Numbered from the stretch's first letter, positions 26,959-37,737 are shown. The stretch is DNA of 49,649 nt from Anaerolineae bacterium (GCA_016931785.1 JAFGED010000202.1:1-49649); one strand, 5' to 3'. Made by a program: numbers and translations. Notes: generated by a model not told the origin, from the sequence alone.

Positions 26959-28169
26959 CGTTCGACCACGAGCCAGCGCCGCGCTAACACAAAGACAGCC
27001 AGCAGCCCAAAAGGCAGCGGCAGGTAGACGGACGGGTGCTCGAACTTGCCCTGCAACGTGGTCAGGAACAGCACCCACAGCCCCACCAGCAGCGCGACCT
27101 CGATCAGCAAAATCCACCACACGCCGACGCGCCTGCGTTGGAGGGCGCGAAACACCATCGCCAGGGGCAGGAGCAGGATCACGTAATTCGTCGTCGCGGT
27201 GCGCACCGCCACCAGGTTGGTGACGACCAGGCACAATCCCACCGCCCAGTCGAACCAGTTTGACTTGCCCTGTCGCAGCGCCCACCAGGACGCCCAAACC
27301 AGGCCGGCGACGGCCAGGCCGGAGAGCGCCCACTCACCCCAGGTCCCCAGGAACGGGAACGGGATGTGCGTTATGATCCACATCGGAGAGCCGATGGCCG
27401 TGTAGCTCGTGTAACGGCCCACCTGGCCCAAAAAGGCGCCAAGCCACCCCGGCTCGACGACCCACGAAGCCCCCAAAAACAATATCATCCAGCCCGCGGA
27501 ACTCGCCACAAAGCGCCAGCGCCGCTCACGCACTGCCCACCAAAGCAGCAAGGGGATGAGCAAAAAGATCATCTGCGGCTTGAAGGTGGAGAGTGCCATG
27601 CAGAACCCGGCCAGGACGTCCCTTTCCTCTTTCAGCGCCCACAGGGCCAGCGCGACCACGGCAAAGACAAAGATCGCAAACTGCCCCAGCAGCAGCGCGC
27701 GGGCGTGCGGGTAAAAGACAAACACCCAGACCGCCGTGCCGAGCAGCAGCCAACGCGGCGGCCGCCAATCGTAAAGACGCAGCGCCAGCAGCAGCCCTGC
27801 CAGCAGGCAGACCTCCAGCACCACCAGCCAGATCGCCTCCGCCCACGGGTACGGCATCCAGACGATCGGAAAGAGAAGAAACACGGTGTAGAACGGGTAC
27901 GCGAAAGGCCCGGGGTCGAACTCCTGCTCCTCCTCCGGCGGGATCGGGCGGCCGTAGATGAGCATCTGGATCTGGCGCGTCGCCTCGTCAGAGTAGGGGC
28001 TAACGCCATCGACCCAAAAGGCCCGCGCGCCGGCCCAGCGGGAGGCAAAGTCGTTAGCGCCAGGATAGCGGGAGGTGAAAAAGTGATAGGTCGCCACCAC
28101 GTCGGCGGCCAGCAGCAACACCACCAGGAACAGCAAAATCAAACGGCCTGAAAGCGAACGCGCGAACAC
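26955..28169 (-). CDS. GT87/DUF2029-like membrane glycosyltransferase
   Basis: ANDFASRW.GAR, FAYP, GQF, FKPQ. Confidence 0.82.
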   Translation of the reverse strand: MFARSLSGRLILLFLVVLLLAADVVATYHFFTSRYPGANDFASRWAGARAFWVDGVSPYSDEATRQIQMLIYGRPIPPEEEQEFDPGPFAYPFYTVFLLFPIVWMPYPWAEAIWLVVLEVCLLAGLLLALRLYDWRPPRWLLLGTAVWVFVFYPHARALLLGQFAIFVFAVVALALWALKEERDVLAGFCMALSTFKPQMIFLLIPLLLWWAVRERRWRFVASSAGWMILFLGASWVVEPGWLGAFLGQVGRYTSYTAIGSPMWIITHIPFPFLGTWGEWALSGLAVAGLVWASWWALRQGKSNWFDWAVGLCLVVTNLVAVRTATTNYVILLLPLAMVFRALQRRRVGVWWILLIEVALLVGLWVLFLTTLQGKFEHPSVYLPLPFGLLAVFVLARRWLVVER

Positions 28170-28171
28170 TG

Positions 28172-30220
28172 CTACGGCTCCCTCAGTCGATAGAGTATGT
28201 AGACGTCGCCGAAATTATGCACCACTTCCAGCTCGTCGCGCTGCAGCGCCTCCAGTGCGGCGGCGTCCTCTGGAGTGATCGGGTCGAACCCGCCCGTAAG
28301 AACGGCCTCGTACCCCGCCTGGTAGAACAGCACGTGCGTGATCCCCTCCGCGCGCCAGGCGTCGGCGATGGCTGCGGCAGCCCCATCGGGGCCCGCCGCA
28401 GTTTCGCGAGCGTAGAGCCGCTGCGTGGTGTGAAGCCAGCGGTCGAGCAGCGCGTCGGGCAGGCACTCGGGCTCGCAGTGATAGCTGCGCGGCTCCCACA
28501 GGAACAGGACGACGGCGTCCGGAGGCAGCTCCTGATTGATGGTATCCACGGCGGCTCGATACCATCCCAACTGGCGAGAGAGGAAATCCTCCTCGCCTTC
28601 AAATCCCAGCAACACGCGCAGCGGCCGTTCCTGTATGGTGAACAGGAACGTGCTGACGAGCGACAAGGCCAGCACCGCGATAGTGACCGCCCGCACCAAC
28701 CATCCCAAGTTGACGGGGTGCCGCGGCAACCTCCACAGCCCTTCCGCCGCCGCGCTTCCCAGCAGCGCCAGTAAGCCGAACGCAGGAAAGAGCAGACGCG
28801 TCTGGATCAACAACGCGCTGCGGGCCACGCCCCACAGCCAAAAAGCGTAGAGCACGCCGCAAAAGACCAACGCCGCCCGCAACCAGCGACGCTGCCCGAG
28901 CGACAGCCGCCGCCAGACGAAAGGCAAGAACGGCAGCAGCGCCAAGAGGAGCGGGCCAATGGTCGCGCCATAGCTCGGAAACCCCTCCAGGGCCGCCCCA
29001 TCGATGCTCCAGAGGGTCGCGTCCCACGGCGCGACGAGCAGCCGCCAGGGCTCGGTATAGGCCAGACCCGTGCCGGGACGGTCGTACCACGCAGCGCGGT
29101 AGCTATCCAAATAGACACCCTCGAAGAAGAAAGGATAGGTCGGGTTGCCGGTAAACGCCAGGTTCTTGAGCAGCCAGGGCGACCAAACAACCAGCGCGAT
29201 GAAGCCAAGCAGAAAGGCATCGCGGATCGCGGATCTCAGATTGCGGATTCGAGAGATCAGCAGGGCCAGGGCCAGGGCCGGCGGCAGCGCCAACGCGGTA
29301 TACTTGGTGGAGAGGGCCAGCCCGGCCAGCGCGCCGCTCAAGACCAACCACCGTTGCGCCTGCGGCCCGCTCCATAGAAAGTGGCCCAGCGCCCAAAAGG
29401 CCAGCGTCGCGTAGAGCAGCAGCGTCAGATCGACGTAGGGCTGGCCCGCCAGCACGACGACGGAATGGACCGAAAGCAGCACCGCCGCCGCAAGCCAACC
29501 CACCGCTCCCTCCAGCCAACGCCGCCCGACCACCACCAAAGAAAACGCCGCCAACGCCCCATAAAACCAATGGACCGGAGCAGCCGCCCGCTCCCCCGCC
29601 AGCCCCATCCCCCATGTGAAGATCATACCTGCGAGCTGTGGGAAACCCAGGTACGGCAGATCCAGCGGGTGAGAGACCCTCCCCGTCTCCAGGTAGAGCT
29701 TGGGGCCGGTCAGGTGATAGACCAAGCCATCCCAGGCGGTAGGCGGCGCCAGCGCCCAGAGCAGGGCGAGCACCAGCATGATCCCGCAATAGACGGCCAG
29801 GAATCCCTCAAACCGCCCCTGCGGCCGCCATGCAAAATCGGCCCAGGCCGCCGCCAGCGCCCGCCACAACGGCCCACTGGTCGCCAACAACCCCGCCAGC
29901 GTCAGCGCCCACAGCACCCACGGACACAGGAGCCCTGCCAGTCCCAATCCCAGCCCCACCAGCGACAGCACGCCCAGCCCCACCGCTGCCGCCAGGATCA
30001 GCCGGTCGGCGCGCGCCACCGTCAATCCCTGCAGCAGGCGCACCCCCACGCCGGTCCCCAGCGCCACCACCAGTGTCGCGCCGCCCAGGCCGGCCAGAGC
30101 CCGGCCTACAGCCAGAAGGTTAGCGGCTGTGAACGGCTTGTGGGCCACGTAGTAGAACGCGACGACGGCGAACAGCCAGACGACGAGGAGCCCTCCAAGC
30201 AGCAGTTTCCCGTGCTTCAC
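28172..30220 (-). CDS. ArnT-like GT-C membrane glycosyltransferase
   Basis: GTG start with GGAGG RBS; WDGLVYHL.GPK, YVDL, STKYT, PWLLKN..FTGNPTYPF. Confidence 0.8.
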   Translation of the reverse strand: MKHGKLLLGGLLVVWLFAVVAFYYVAHKPFTAANLLAVGRALAGLGGATLVVALGTGVGVRLLQGLTVARADRLILAAAVGLGVLSLVGLGLGLAGLLCPWVLWALTLAGLLATSGPLWRALAAAWADFAWRPQGRFEGFLAVYCGIMLVLALLWALAPPTAWDGLVYHLTGPKLYLETGRVSHPLDLPYLGFPQLAGMIFTWGMGLAGERAAAPVHWFYGALAAFSLVVVGRRWLEGAVGWLAAAVLLSVHSVVVLAGQPYVDLTLLLYATLAFWALGHFLWSGPQAQRWLVLSGALAGLALSTKYTALALPPALALALLISRIRNLRSAIRDAFLLGFIALVVWSPWLLKNLAFTGNPTYPFFFEGVYLDSYRAAWYDRPGTGLAYTEPWRLLVAPWDATLWSIDGAALEGFPSYGATIGPLLLALLPFLPFVWRRLSLGQRRWLRAALVFCGVLYAFWLWGVARSALLIQTRLLFPAFGLLALLGSAAAEGLWRLPRHPVNLGWLVRAVTIAVLALSLVSTFLFTIQERPLRVLLGFEGEEDFLSRQLGWYRAAVDTINQELPPDAVVLFLWEPRSYHCEPECLPDALLDRWLHTTQRLYARETAAGPDGAAAAIADAWRAEGITHVLFYQAGYEAVLTGGFDPITPEDAAALEALQRDELEVVHNFGDVYILYRLREP
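29221..29255. repeat. Heptamer tandem repeat inside a CDS
   Basis: cgcggat cgcggat ctcagat tgcggat tcgagag, encoding SRIRNLRSAIRD. Confidence 0.65.
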
Positions 30221-30290
30221 CGGGACGCCTCCTCTGGGCGGAGCAGACGCAGAGATAACCACCCGCAATTGGCGTTCCAGCTACCGATTC

Positions 30291-31439
30291 TCACCTTAGC
30301 CCTTTTCCCTTCAAAAAGCGCCACAGGTCGATCACCAGCAAAACGAATAACGCCGTCCGCACGGGCACCGTCAGATAGAGCCACCCGTTGAGGCCGCGGG
30401 AGAGCAGCACCGGCCACTCCGCTATATTGATAAATGTCAGCACGATCACGTACAACACGGCCCGTTCCAAGGGCAGCGAGAGCAGCAGCAACGGGACCAG
30501 TATCCCCAGCCACTGCGGGCTCCAGCCCCGCAACCAGAGGAAGAAAAGCATCACCACCAACGTGGCGAACCTGAGCACCCGTCGAGGCTCCGGTTCCGAT
30601 GGCATCTTCCACCACAGCCACAGGCCCAAGGCGCCAAAGAGAAGCGTCGTCAGCCAGGTTGGGATGACGGCCGGGTTGCCCAGGGAGAACGTGGCGGCGG
30701 CGGGATCAAACCGGTTCCCCTCGACTACTCCCGTCGACAGATTCCCGTCCAGCAGCGCCCACACCGTCTGCCAGGAGTTGCGGCTGGAAAGCGAGCGCAG
30801 CGAGGCCCAGGTGTACGTTGGACCGAGTGCCGCCAGTAGGCCCAGCACCGCCGCGACGACGGCCAGCGCCACCGCGACATAGATCGCGGCCTCCCGCCAG
30901 TTGCGGCGGAAGCGGACGGCCACGGGAAGAAAGAGCAGGGGGAACCACTTGACCAGCCCGCCCACCCCCAGGATCAGCGCCGACTGCACCCGGCGCCCCG
31001 CCAGCCAGCGCTCGACGGCCAGCAGCAGGAAAAAGGCGGTGATGGCATCGAAACTCAACCACCACATTGCAACCGGTGCAAACAACAGGGCATACACCCA
31101 CGCCACCCGCTCAGCCTGTGCTTCGCCCAGCAGTCGCTCGGCCAAACGGTAGAGCAGCAGCAGCACTCCGAGGTCAAAGAGTAATAGCACCAGCCCCAGC
31201 GCGCTTGCGTAGGCCACATAGTGTGGCGTGAGCAGATACAACAGCACCGATAGAAACGCAAACAGGGGCGGATATTCGACCCAGTAGTGGATGTAAGGAA
31301 GCTCCCCCTCGTCCACCCAGGAGGAGATCTTGTAGAAGTAGACATAGTCCTCCCACGCCAGTTGGTCGGCGGGCCAAAAGGCCAATAGGCTCAAGCGGAA
31401 AGCGATAAAGAGCAGTAGAAGCAATCGCAGCCGTTTCAT
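30291..31439 (-). CDS. GT87/PIG-M-like membrane glycosyltransferase
   Basis: WEDY, PYIHYWVEYPP, SFDA, VKWFP, WSPQW. Confidence 0.8.
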   Translation of the reverse strand: MKRLRLLLLLFIAFRLSLLAFWPADQLAWEDYVYFYKISSWVDEGELPYIHYWVEYPPLFAFLSVLLYLLTPHYVAYASALGLVLLLFDLGVLLLLYRLAERLLGEAQAERVAWVYALLFAPVAMWWLSFDAITAFFLLLAVERWLAGRRVQSALILGVGGLVKWFPLLFLPVAVRFRRNWREAAIYVAVALAVVAAVLGLLAALGPTYTWASLRSLSSRNSWQTVWALLDGNLSTGVVEGNRFDPAAATFSLGNPAVIPTWLTTLLFGALGLWLWWKMPSEPEPRRVLRFATLVVMLFFLWLRGWSPQWLGILVPLLLLSLPLERAVLYVIVLTFINIAEWPVLLSRGLNGWLYLTVPVRTALFVLLVIDLWRFLKGKGLR

Positions 31440-32953
31440 TCGCCGTCTACCTCCCGTAAGTCACACAGCAAGAGACTCACACCATACCACACTCTCGCAT
31501 CCTCGCAGTCGTAGCTCCTCGCGGCCCGTTCCACGATCCCGCGATGGCGCTCGGCAAGCTCCTGCGACATCTGCACGTCGGCGGTGACGAGCCACAACCG
31601 CTCCCGCCCGGCGATGGCCTCGTCGAGTGACTGGATCCGCTGCCCGGCCCAATCCCACGTATAGGGTGGCAGCCAGATTTCTGGGTCATTGTTCAGCAAA
31701 TAGCTCTCCGCCCCCGGCGCATAGTAGCGCAGCGGCAAGTAGGTGCTATCGTGCAGATGAAAGAGAACGTCCCCCTCCCGCCAGCCCTCCCGCACCCCCC
31801 CGCCAACCTCGCGAAACGGCGGCTTGGCCGGGTCGGGGTTGAGATAATAGTTCCCAAGCGAGATCGCTATCAAGACCGCCAGAACCCCGTAAAGAACCCG
31901 CACCGGAGAGCCCTTGGGCGGATGCGCCAATCCCCATCCCAGCAGCAGCACGTAAGCCGGCGCGACCAGGCTGAAGGAACGGTCCAGGTAAACGGGCTTG
32001 GCCAGCCAGGAGATCACCAGAGCGATCAAGTTTGGAGCCAGCACCAACGCCAGCAGCAAAAGCGCCCGCTGGCGCGCCTCGCCACGGGCGCGGACGCCAG
32101 CCCAAGCCACGAGTGTGATGATGGACAAAGCCATGAAAAGCGCCACCGGATTCAGGAACACGGGCGTCGTATGGCTAAAGAGCAGATAAACCAGCGTCTT
32201 GACGAGTTCCAGCGGGGAGGGCGTGGAGAGCCAAAAGCCGGTCGCCACCTGCTGAGTTTGCGCCAGCGCCGATGGCGCGTGCGGCCCCCACAACACCAGG
32301 GCCACCCCATCGGCCAGGAGCAGGCCCCACCAATAACGCCGGTCTTGCGGCCATTTCAGCAAAACAAAGGCGTGGAGCACCAGCAGCGTGAACGCGGTAA
32401 AATAGTGCGCGCAAAGATTCAGGGCGAACAGAAAACCCAGCACGACCCAGCGCCACCCACTCGCCTTCTCGCAAGCGCGGGCGAACCCCCACAGCAGCAA
32501 CGCCGATAGCAAGATGACGAGCGCGTACAATCGGGTCTCCTGGGCAAAGTAAACCTGGAAGGGCAGCACGGCCGTCAGCAGCGCGGCAGCCAGCCCGGTG
32601 GCGGGGGTAAACAGCTCGCGGCCGAGCGCGTATATCACAGGAACGGTCAGCAGCCCACACAGCGCCGAAAAGCCGCGCAGCACCGTTTCACTCTCGCCCA
32701 ACCGAATCCAGAAATGAAGCAGAAAGTGATAAAGCGGGGGTAGAATTGGCTCCAGCCGCTGGGCGAGAATAGCCCAGGCCGGTTGCCGCGCCACCAGCCA
32801 ACTGAATGCCTCGTCGGCCCACAGGCTGCTGGCGCCGATGTGAAGCAGGCGCAGGACGCAAGCCAACACCAGAACCGCCAGCAGCCAGACCGGGCTTTCC
32901 ACACGCGGGAGACGGCCCAGAAGAGAACGCAGACGAGAGCTTACGGCCAGCAC
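31436..32953 (-). CDS. GT39/PMT-like membrane glycosyltransferase
   Basis: SLWADEA, PPLYH, QETRLY, AHYF; related to 17704..19158 and 23480..24988. Confidence 0.85.
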   Translation of the reverse strand: MLAVSSRLRSLLGRLPRVESPVWLLAVLVLACVLRLLHIGASSLWADEAFSWLVARQPAWAILAQRLEPILPPLYHFLLHFWIRLGESETVLRGFSALCGLLTVPVIYALGRELFTPATGLAAALLTAVLPFQVYFAQETRLYALVILLSALLLWGFARACEKASGWRWVVLGFLFALNLCAHYFTAFTLLVLHAFVLLKWPQDRRYWWGLLLADGVALVLWGPHAPSALAQTQQVATGFWLSTPSPLELVKTLVYLLFSHTTPVFLNPVALFMALSIITLVAWAGVRARGEARQRALLLLALVLAPNLIALVISWLAKPVYLDRSFSLVAPAYVLLLGWGLAHPPKGSPVRVLYGVLAVLIAISLGNYYLNPDPAKPPFREVGGGVREGWREGDVLFHLHDSTYLPLRYYAPGAESYLLNNDPEIWLPPYTWDWAGQRIQSLDEAIAGRERLWLVTADVQMSQELAERHRGIVERAARSYDCEDARVWYGVSLLLCDLREVDGE

Positions 32954-34473
32954 GGTCGCCCTTCCTCCACCAGGTCGTCCACATAGGCCCGCACCTCGTC
33001 CACCTCTTCCCCTGGCGGAAGGCCGCGTTCCAAAAGAAGGATGCGATCAGACCAATAGCGCACGCCAAAATCCCGCGTGTCGAGAATCTCGTATGTCATT
33101 CGCCCATAGTCGCCTCTCGGGTCCTGCGTGTGAAACAGGCGACAATCCACCAGGTCCAACAAGACATAGTCCACTTCGGCCATGTGGTCCATATTCAAGC
33201 CGGTCGTGTATTTTTCAAGGCCAATCAAGCAGCGCCGATTGGCCAGGTGAGGTCCAAAAGGATTGACGGTGGCGACACCGGCCCGGGGAGGGATCAGCGC
33301 CATCGCCGCTTCGATCTGCTCGTGCTGAGGCATGTGCATAAAGTAACCGCTCAGCCAACTGGTTCGGACCGGGTTAAAGGGCAAGTTTGCGCCCAATGTC
33401 CCTATCAACAGCAAACTTACAGGCAGCCACTTTTTCAAATCGTGCCGCAGCCGCAAGCGTCTTTCCAGCCTGGACAATCCCTGGATGGTGGCTAGGAACA
33501 GCCAGGGAATCAACACGGCAGGATATTGAAAACCGACTTGGTGCAAAGCAGCTCGGTCGCTCAAAAGCAAATATGCAAACGAAGGCCAAGACACGGCGAA
33601 TAATTCGGGCCCGAACAGAGGCAAAAACCCCAAGGGTATTAAGAGATGGGCAACAAAGTAGGCCGAGTCAACGGAAAACAAAGCCCCTCCAGAGCCCCCA
33701 CCACTACTCCCCAATTCTCCCAAAAACGGCAACCGAGACCATAGATCAAAGAAACGATAGGCGCGTCCTTCGTTGGCAGCGGGGATGATCACGATGAAAC
33801 AAAGAAACGCCCAGGCGATGGCCGTTCCCAGCAACCACACCCCTCTCCTGCGCCACGCTGAAAAGAACAGACAATAAACACCAAAGGCTGCTACAGGAAC
33901 GACCAACTCCTCCTTGGTCGATAGGGTAAGCAAGATCATCGCCCAGAAGAGAATCTTACGCTCTTCCAACAAAGCCCAATAGGCAAAAAGCAATGCAGGG
34001 ACACAAAAAGCCACGGGGTGAAAATCAAACAGGTTGATAAAGCCCAAGGCCGGATACAACAAATACACAATAACCAGGACGTAATGCAAAATAGGGCGCT
34101 TTAAATTTCGCCGTGCAATCCAGTACAACGGTACAGCCCCCACTGCCAGCACAATCGATTGCATGCTCAACAACACGCGAGGGTCGGGCCACAGCCGGTA
34201 CAGCGGCGCCAGAAAGAGCAGCAGGGGCCGCACGTGATTGCCCATATAGCTGCCGATCAGTTCTGTATCCATCGCTCGATCCAGCGACGTCTCAAACAGC
34301 CGCCCATGTGCCGTATTCCAGGTGACCTGGGTCATGATGCCCAGATCGAGCGTAAAAGAATGAAAGTTGTCATGCTTGACTATCGACAAAGTCGCATATG
34401 TCGCCACGTAAACCAACATCAGCACACAGAGCCATATCGGCACAGCCTTACTCAGCTTCGGAACGAACGTCAT
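32941..34473 (-). CDS. DUF2079-like GT-C membrane protein
   Basis: TLDLGIMTQVTWNT, GNHVRPL, DFHPV, KEE; ends RPCWP like 9553..11232. Confidence 0.85.
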   Translation of the reverse strand: MTFVPKLSKAVPIWLCVLMLVYVATYATLSIVKHDNFHSFTLDLGIMTQVTWNTAHGRLFETSLDRAMDTELIGSYMGNHVRPLLLFLAPLYRLWPDPRVLLSMQSIVLAVGAVPLYWIARRNLKRPILHYVLVIVYLLYPALGFINLFDFHPVAFCVPALLFAYWALLEERKILFWAMILLTLSTKEELVVPVAAFGVYCLFFSAWRRRGVWLLGTAIAWAFLCFIVIIPAANEGRAYRFFDLWSRLPFLGELGSSGGGSGGALFSVDSAYFVAHLLIPLGFLPLFGPELFAVSWPSFAYLLLSDRAALHQVGFQYPAVLIPWLFLATIQGLSRLERRLRLRHDLKKWLPVSLLLIGTLGANLPFNPVRTSWLSGYFMHMPQHEQIEAAMALIPPRAGVATVNPFGPHLANRRCLIGLEKYTTGLNMDHMAEVDYVLLDLVDCRLFHTQDPRGDYGRMTYEILDTRDFGVRYWSDRILLLERGLPPGEEVDEVRAYVDDLVEEGRPCWP

Positions 34474-35951
34474 GGCCCCTCCCGCACCCAGATCACCGCC
34501 ACGTCATCCCGGTAGGCCTCCTCCCACTCACCCACGCACTCTAGTTGGAGAGAGAGCATGTCGTCCGGATAGGTGAGGACGAGATTGACGTCGTACTCGC
34601 CCAGCACCTCTTCAAAACCAGGCTGCCCCAGCTGCACCTCCAGGTACCGGCGCAGGAACGCATCCCCGTACAGATCCGTCCGTCCATCTGCAAACACGCG
34701 ATAATGGGGATACAGCGACCAGATGAGGTATCCCCCCCAGTTGTAGGGATTGAACATCTCCCCCTCGGGACGGTTCTCGAGAATCCAGGCCGCGGCATCC
34801 ACCGGCAGGCTCTCTCGCTGCTCCCGCTCGTTGAACGCGGGGGTCAGCGGCGTCCACACCCTCACGACCGCCAAGGCGAAAACGGCCCCCAGCAGCACCA
34901 AATTGACCACACCCGACACGGCGCGCAAGCGGCTGGCACGCCTCGCCCCGCCGCTCCATAGCCGCCTAAGGATCGCCGCCACGTGCCGGCTGAGCACCGG
35001 CGCGACCACCAACGCAAAGGGGGCCAGGTTGCGCCAGGCCAGTAGGGAGGCATAGGCGAACATGCCGACCAGCGCCAGATCGGTCCCATCCACCCGCCGC
35101 CCGGAAAGTCCCATCGCCGCCAGCGTCCCCAGCAGCAGCCAGATGAAGGGATGAGTGTACAAGAGATGAAAGTCGGGCGACCGCCACTCCTGGATGAAAT
35201 CACGCAAGGCGCCGATCCCCACCGTGTCCAGGTAATAGGTCCACATCCGCGCGCCATAGGGGTTGAGCACCAGTAGGACGGCGGAAAGCACCGCCACCCC
35301 AATCACCATGCCGATGCCCCGCCAGCTCGCCGCCGCGTCGTCGCCCTGAACAACCAACCCCAGCAAACGGTTGAACGCCTCCCCGATGACAAAAGCGACC
35401 AGCACCATAAACCCCAAGGCATATCCGGCGTGCAGGTTGGCCCACAGGATAAACAAGGGCGGCAGGAGCCACAGCCGGTTCACGCCGCGCCATTTGAACA
35501 GGTAAAGGATATAGGTCACCACGGCGGTCAGCAAGAAGGAGAACACCTGCGGGCGCGCCGCCCAAATCGCCGAAGACGTCGCCGCGGCCAGGACGACGAT
35601 GAACGCCCGGCTGAAGGGATCCCCCTCCATCTGCATATAGACGAAGGCGAAGGCAAACGCGACGATCACACCGATCAGCAGCCCTAACCCGGCGTAGGAA
35701 AATGTGCGGAACAGCCAATAGAGCACGACCTGGCTGAGCCAGCTGTGGTTGACCCAGGTAGAGGCATAGCGCGTGTGGGAGAACAGATCGGTTTGGAGGA
35801 CCTGGCCGCTCTCCAGCATCTCCTGGCCGGCGCGAAGGTGCCACCAGGTATCGGTGTCCGCCGGCGCGCGGACCGCCATGGCGAACAGCGCCACGAAGAG
35901 AATCGCCACCGCCAGGCGGCGCGCGTTGAACCACAGCAAAAACCGCCTCAC
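34470..35951 (-). CDS. GT-C-type membrane protein (tandem paralog B)
   Basis: GTG start at a GTGA overlap; DTDTWWHL.AG, RPQ, WANLHAGY, IQEW, YNWGGYL, DGRTDLY. Confidence 0.8.
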   Translation of the reverse strand: MRRFLLWFNARRLAVAILFVALFAMAVRAPADTDTWWHLRAGQEMLESGQVLQTDLFSHTRYASTWVNHSWLSQVVLYWLFRTFSYAGLGLLIGVIVAFAFAFVYMQMEGDPFSRAFIVVLAAATSSAIWAARPQVFSFLLTAVVTYILYLFKWRGVNRLWLLPPLFILWANLHAGYALGFMVLVAFVIGEAFNRLLGLVVQGDDAAASWRGIGMVIGVAVLSAVLLVLNPYGARMWTYYLDTVGIGALRDFIQEWRSPDFHLLYTHPFIWLLLGTLAAMGLSGRRVDGTDLALVGMFAYASLLAWRNLAPFALVVAPVLSRHVAAILRRLWSGGARRASRLRAVSGVVNLVLLGAVFALAVVRVWTPLTPAFNEREQRESLPVDAAAWILENRPEGEMFNPYNWGGYLIWSLYPHYRVFADGRTDLYGDAFLRRYLEVQLGQPGFEEVLGEYDVNLVLTYPDDMLSLQLECVGEWEEAYRDDVAVIWVREGP

Positions 35952-37438
35952 CGTCCCTCCCGCACCCAGATCACTGCCACGCCGTCTCGATAAACCTCGG
36001 CCCATCCCCCAGCGCACTCCAATCGGGCCGACAGGGCGTCATCGGGATACGTCACGATCAAGTTGACGTCATACGCCAGCAGTGTATCCTCAAAACCTGG
36101 CTGCCCCAACTGCACGCGCATGTGCTCGCGCAGGAAGGCGTCCCCGTACATGTCGGTCCGCCCGTCAACAAAAACACGATACTCGGGCCACAAGGCCCAC
36201 ATCAGATAGCCGCCCCAATTGTAGGGGTTGAACATCTCCCCCTCAGGACGGTTCTCGAGAATCCAGGCCGCTGCGTCCACCGGCAGGCTCTTTCGCTGCT
36301 CCTGCACGTTGAAATCCAAGTTCAGCGGCGTCCACACCTTGACGACCGCCAGGCCGATGACCAGCGCCAACAACGCCCCATTGATCGCACCGGCAATCGG
36401 CCGCCCACGCGCTAACTTGCGACTCAACCAACCGGATAGACCAAAGCGCTTCAGAGCCGCCGCCACGTGCCGGCTCAAAACCGGCGCGGCCACCAAGGCG
36501 AAAGGGCCAAAGTTGCGCCGGGCCACGAAAGAAGCGTAGGCGAACATCCCCACCAAGGCCAGATCGACGCCGTCCACCCGCCGTCCAGAAAGCCCCACCG
36601 CCGCCAGCGTCCCCAACAGCAGCCAGATGAAGGGCTGGACGTAAAGTGGGTGAAAATCCGGCGACTGCCACTCCTGAATAAAGTCCTGCAGGAAACCAAC
36701 ACGCACGGTGTCGACGTAATACGTCCACATGCGGACCGTATTGGGGTGGATCGCCAGAAGAAGAAAAGAGAGAACGGCCAGGCCAACGACGAGGCCGATC
36801 TTGCGCCACCCCAACACGGGATCGTCAGTCGGGGCGATCAATGCCAACAGGCGATTGAGCACCTCGCCAGCGACAAAGGCCGCCAAAACCATAAACCCCA
36901 GAGCGTACCCGGCGTGCAGATTGACCCACAGGACAAACAGGGGCGGCAGGAGCCACAGCCGGTTCACGCCCCGCCACTTGAAAAGATAGAGAATGTAAGC
37001 CAAAACAGATGTGAGCAGGAACGAGAACAAATGCGGGCGGGCGATCCACACCACCGCCGACGTCGCCGCCGCCAGGATGATGATGAACGCCCGGCTGAAC
37101 GGATCCCCCTCCATCTGCAGTGTGACAAAGGCAAAGGCGGCAGCGACCATCACGCCGATCATCACCCCCAGCCCGGCGTAGGAAAAGGTGCGAAACAGCC
37201 AATAGAGAATGACCTCACTGAGCCAGGAATAGGCGACCCACGGGGACCCATAGAAGGTGTGAGAGAAAGGGTCGCTGCGGATGATCTGGCCTCGCTCCAG
37301 CGTCACCTGGCCGGCTTTCAGGTGCCACCAGGTGTCGGTATCGACCGGGGCGCGGACGGCCATGGCAAACAGGGCTACGAAAAGGATCGCCACCACCAGA
37401 CGACGGGCGTTAAGCCAAATCAGAGCACGTCTCACCAT
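35948..37438 (-). CDS. GT-C-type membrane protein (tandem paralog A)
   Basis: Same motifs as 34470..35951, with long identical stretches. Confidence 0.8.
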   Translation of the reverse strand: MVRRALIWLNARRLVVAILFVALFAMAVRAPVDTDTWWHLKAGQVTLERGQIIRSDPFSHTFYGSPWVAYSWLSEVILYWLFRTFSYAGLGVMIGVMVAAAFAFVTLQMEGDPFSRAFIIILAAATSAVVWIARPHLFSFLLTSVLAYILYLFKWRGVNRLWLLPPLFVLWVNLHAGYALGFMVLAAFVAGEVLNRLLALIAPTDDPVLGWRKIGLVVGLAVLSFLLLAIHPNTVRMWTYYVDTVRVGFLQDFIQEWQSPDFHPLYVQPFIWLLLGTLAAVGLSGRRVDGVDLALVGMFAYASFVARRNFGPFALVAAPVLSRHVAAALKRFGLSGWLSRKLARGRPIAGAINGALLALVIGLAVVKVWTPLNLDFNVQEQRKSLPVDAAAWILENRPEGEMFNPYNWGGYLMWALWPEYRVFVDGRTDMYGDAFLREHMRVQLGQPGFEDTLLAYDVNLIVTYPDDALSARLECAGGWAEVYRDGVAVIWVREGR

Positions 37439-37582
37439 CTCAACTCTCTTTCGGCAGTTCGGAGGCAAAAACGACTACCACAGGTACTTTGCACAGGGTC
37501 TATTTCACTTTGGGAGAGCGGGCCTTTATTGTGCTTGACATTCTGCTTGGTCTGCGGAAAAATCGGCTTGCCGATTTTTCGA

Positions 37583-37677
37583 AGGGGCATTTCAGCCGTG
37601 CTTGACAAGAGTATGGCCTTTGGGCCCCAGATTTGTGAATCGAACGGCATCTTGCCCCCAGGCTGAAATGCGCCCCT
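37583..37677. repeat. Inverted-repeat module (GGGGC(GC)ATTT family), copy 3
   Basis: AGGGGCATTTCAGCC...GGCTGAAATGCGCCCCT; the reverse complement resembles the starts of 5624 and 9268. Confidence 0.6.
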
Positions 37678-37737
37678 TTGCACAGCCAATGGCGATTGCG
37701 CACCACTATAGCACAGATTTTACCTCTTGAGAAGCAT

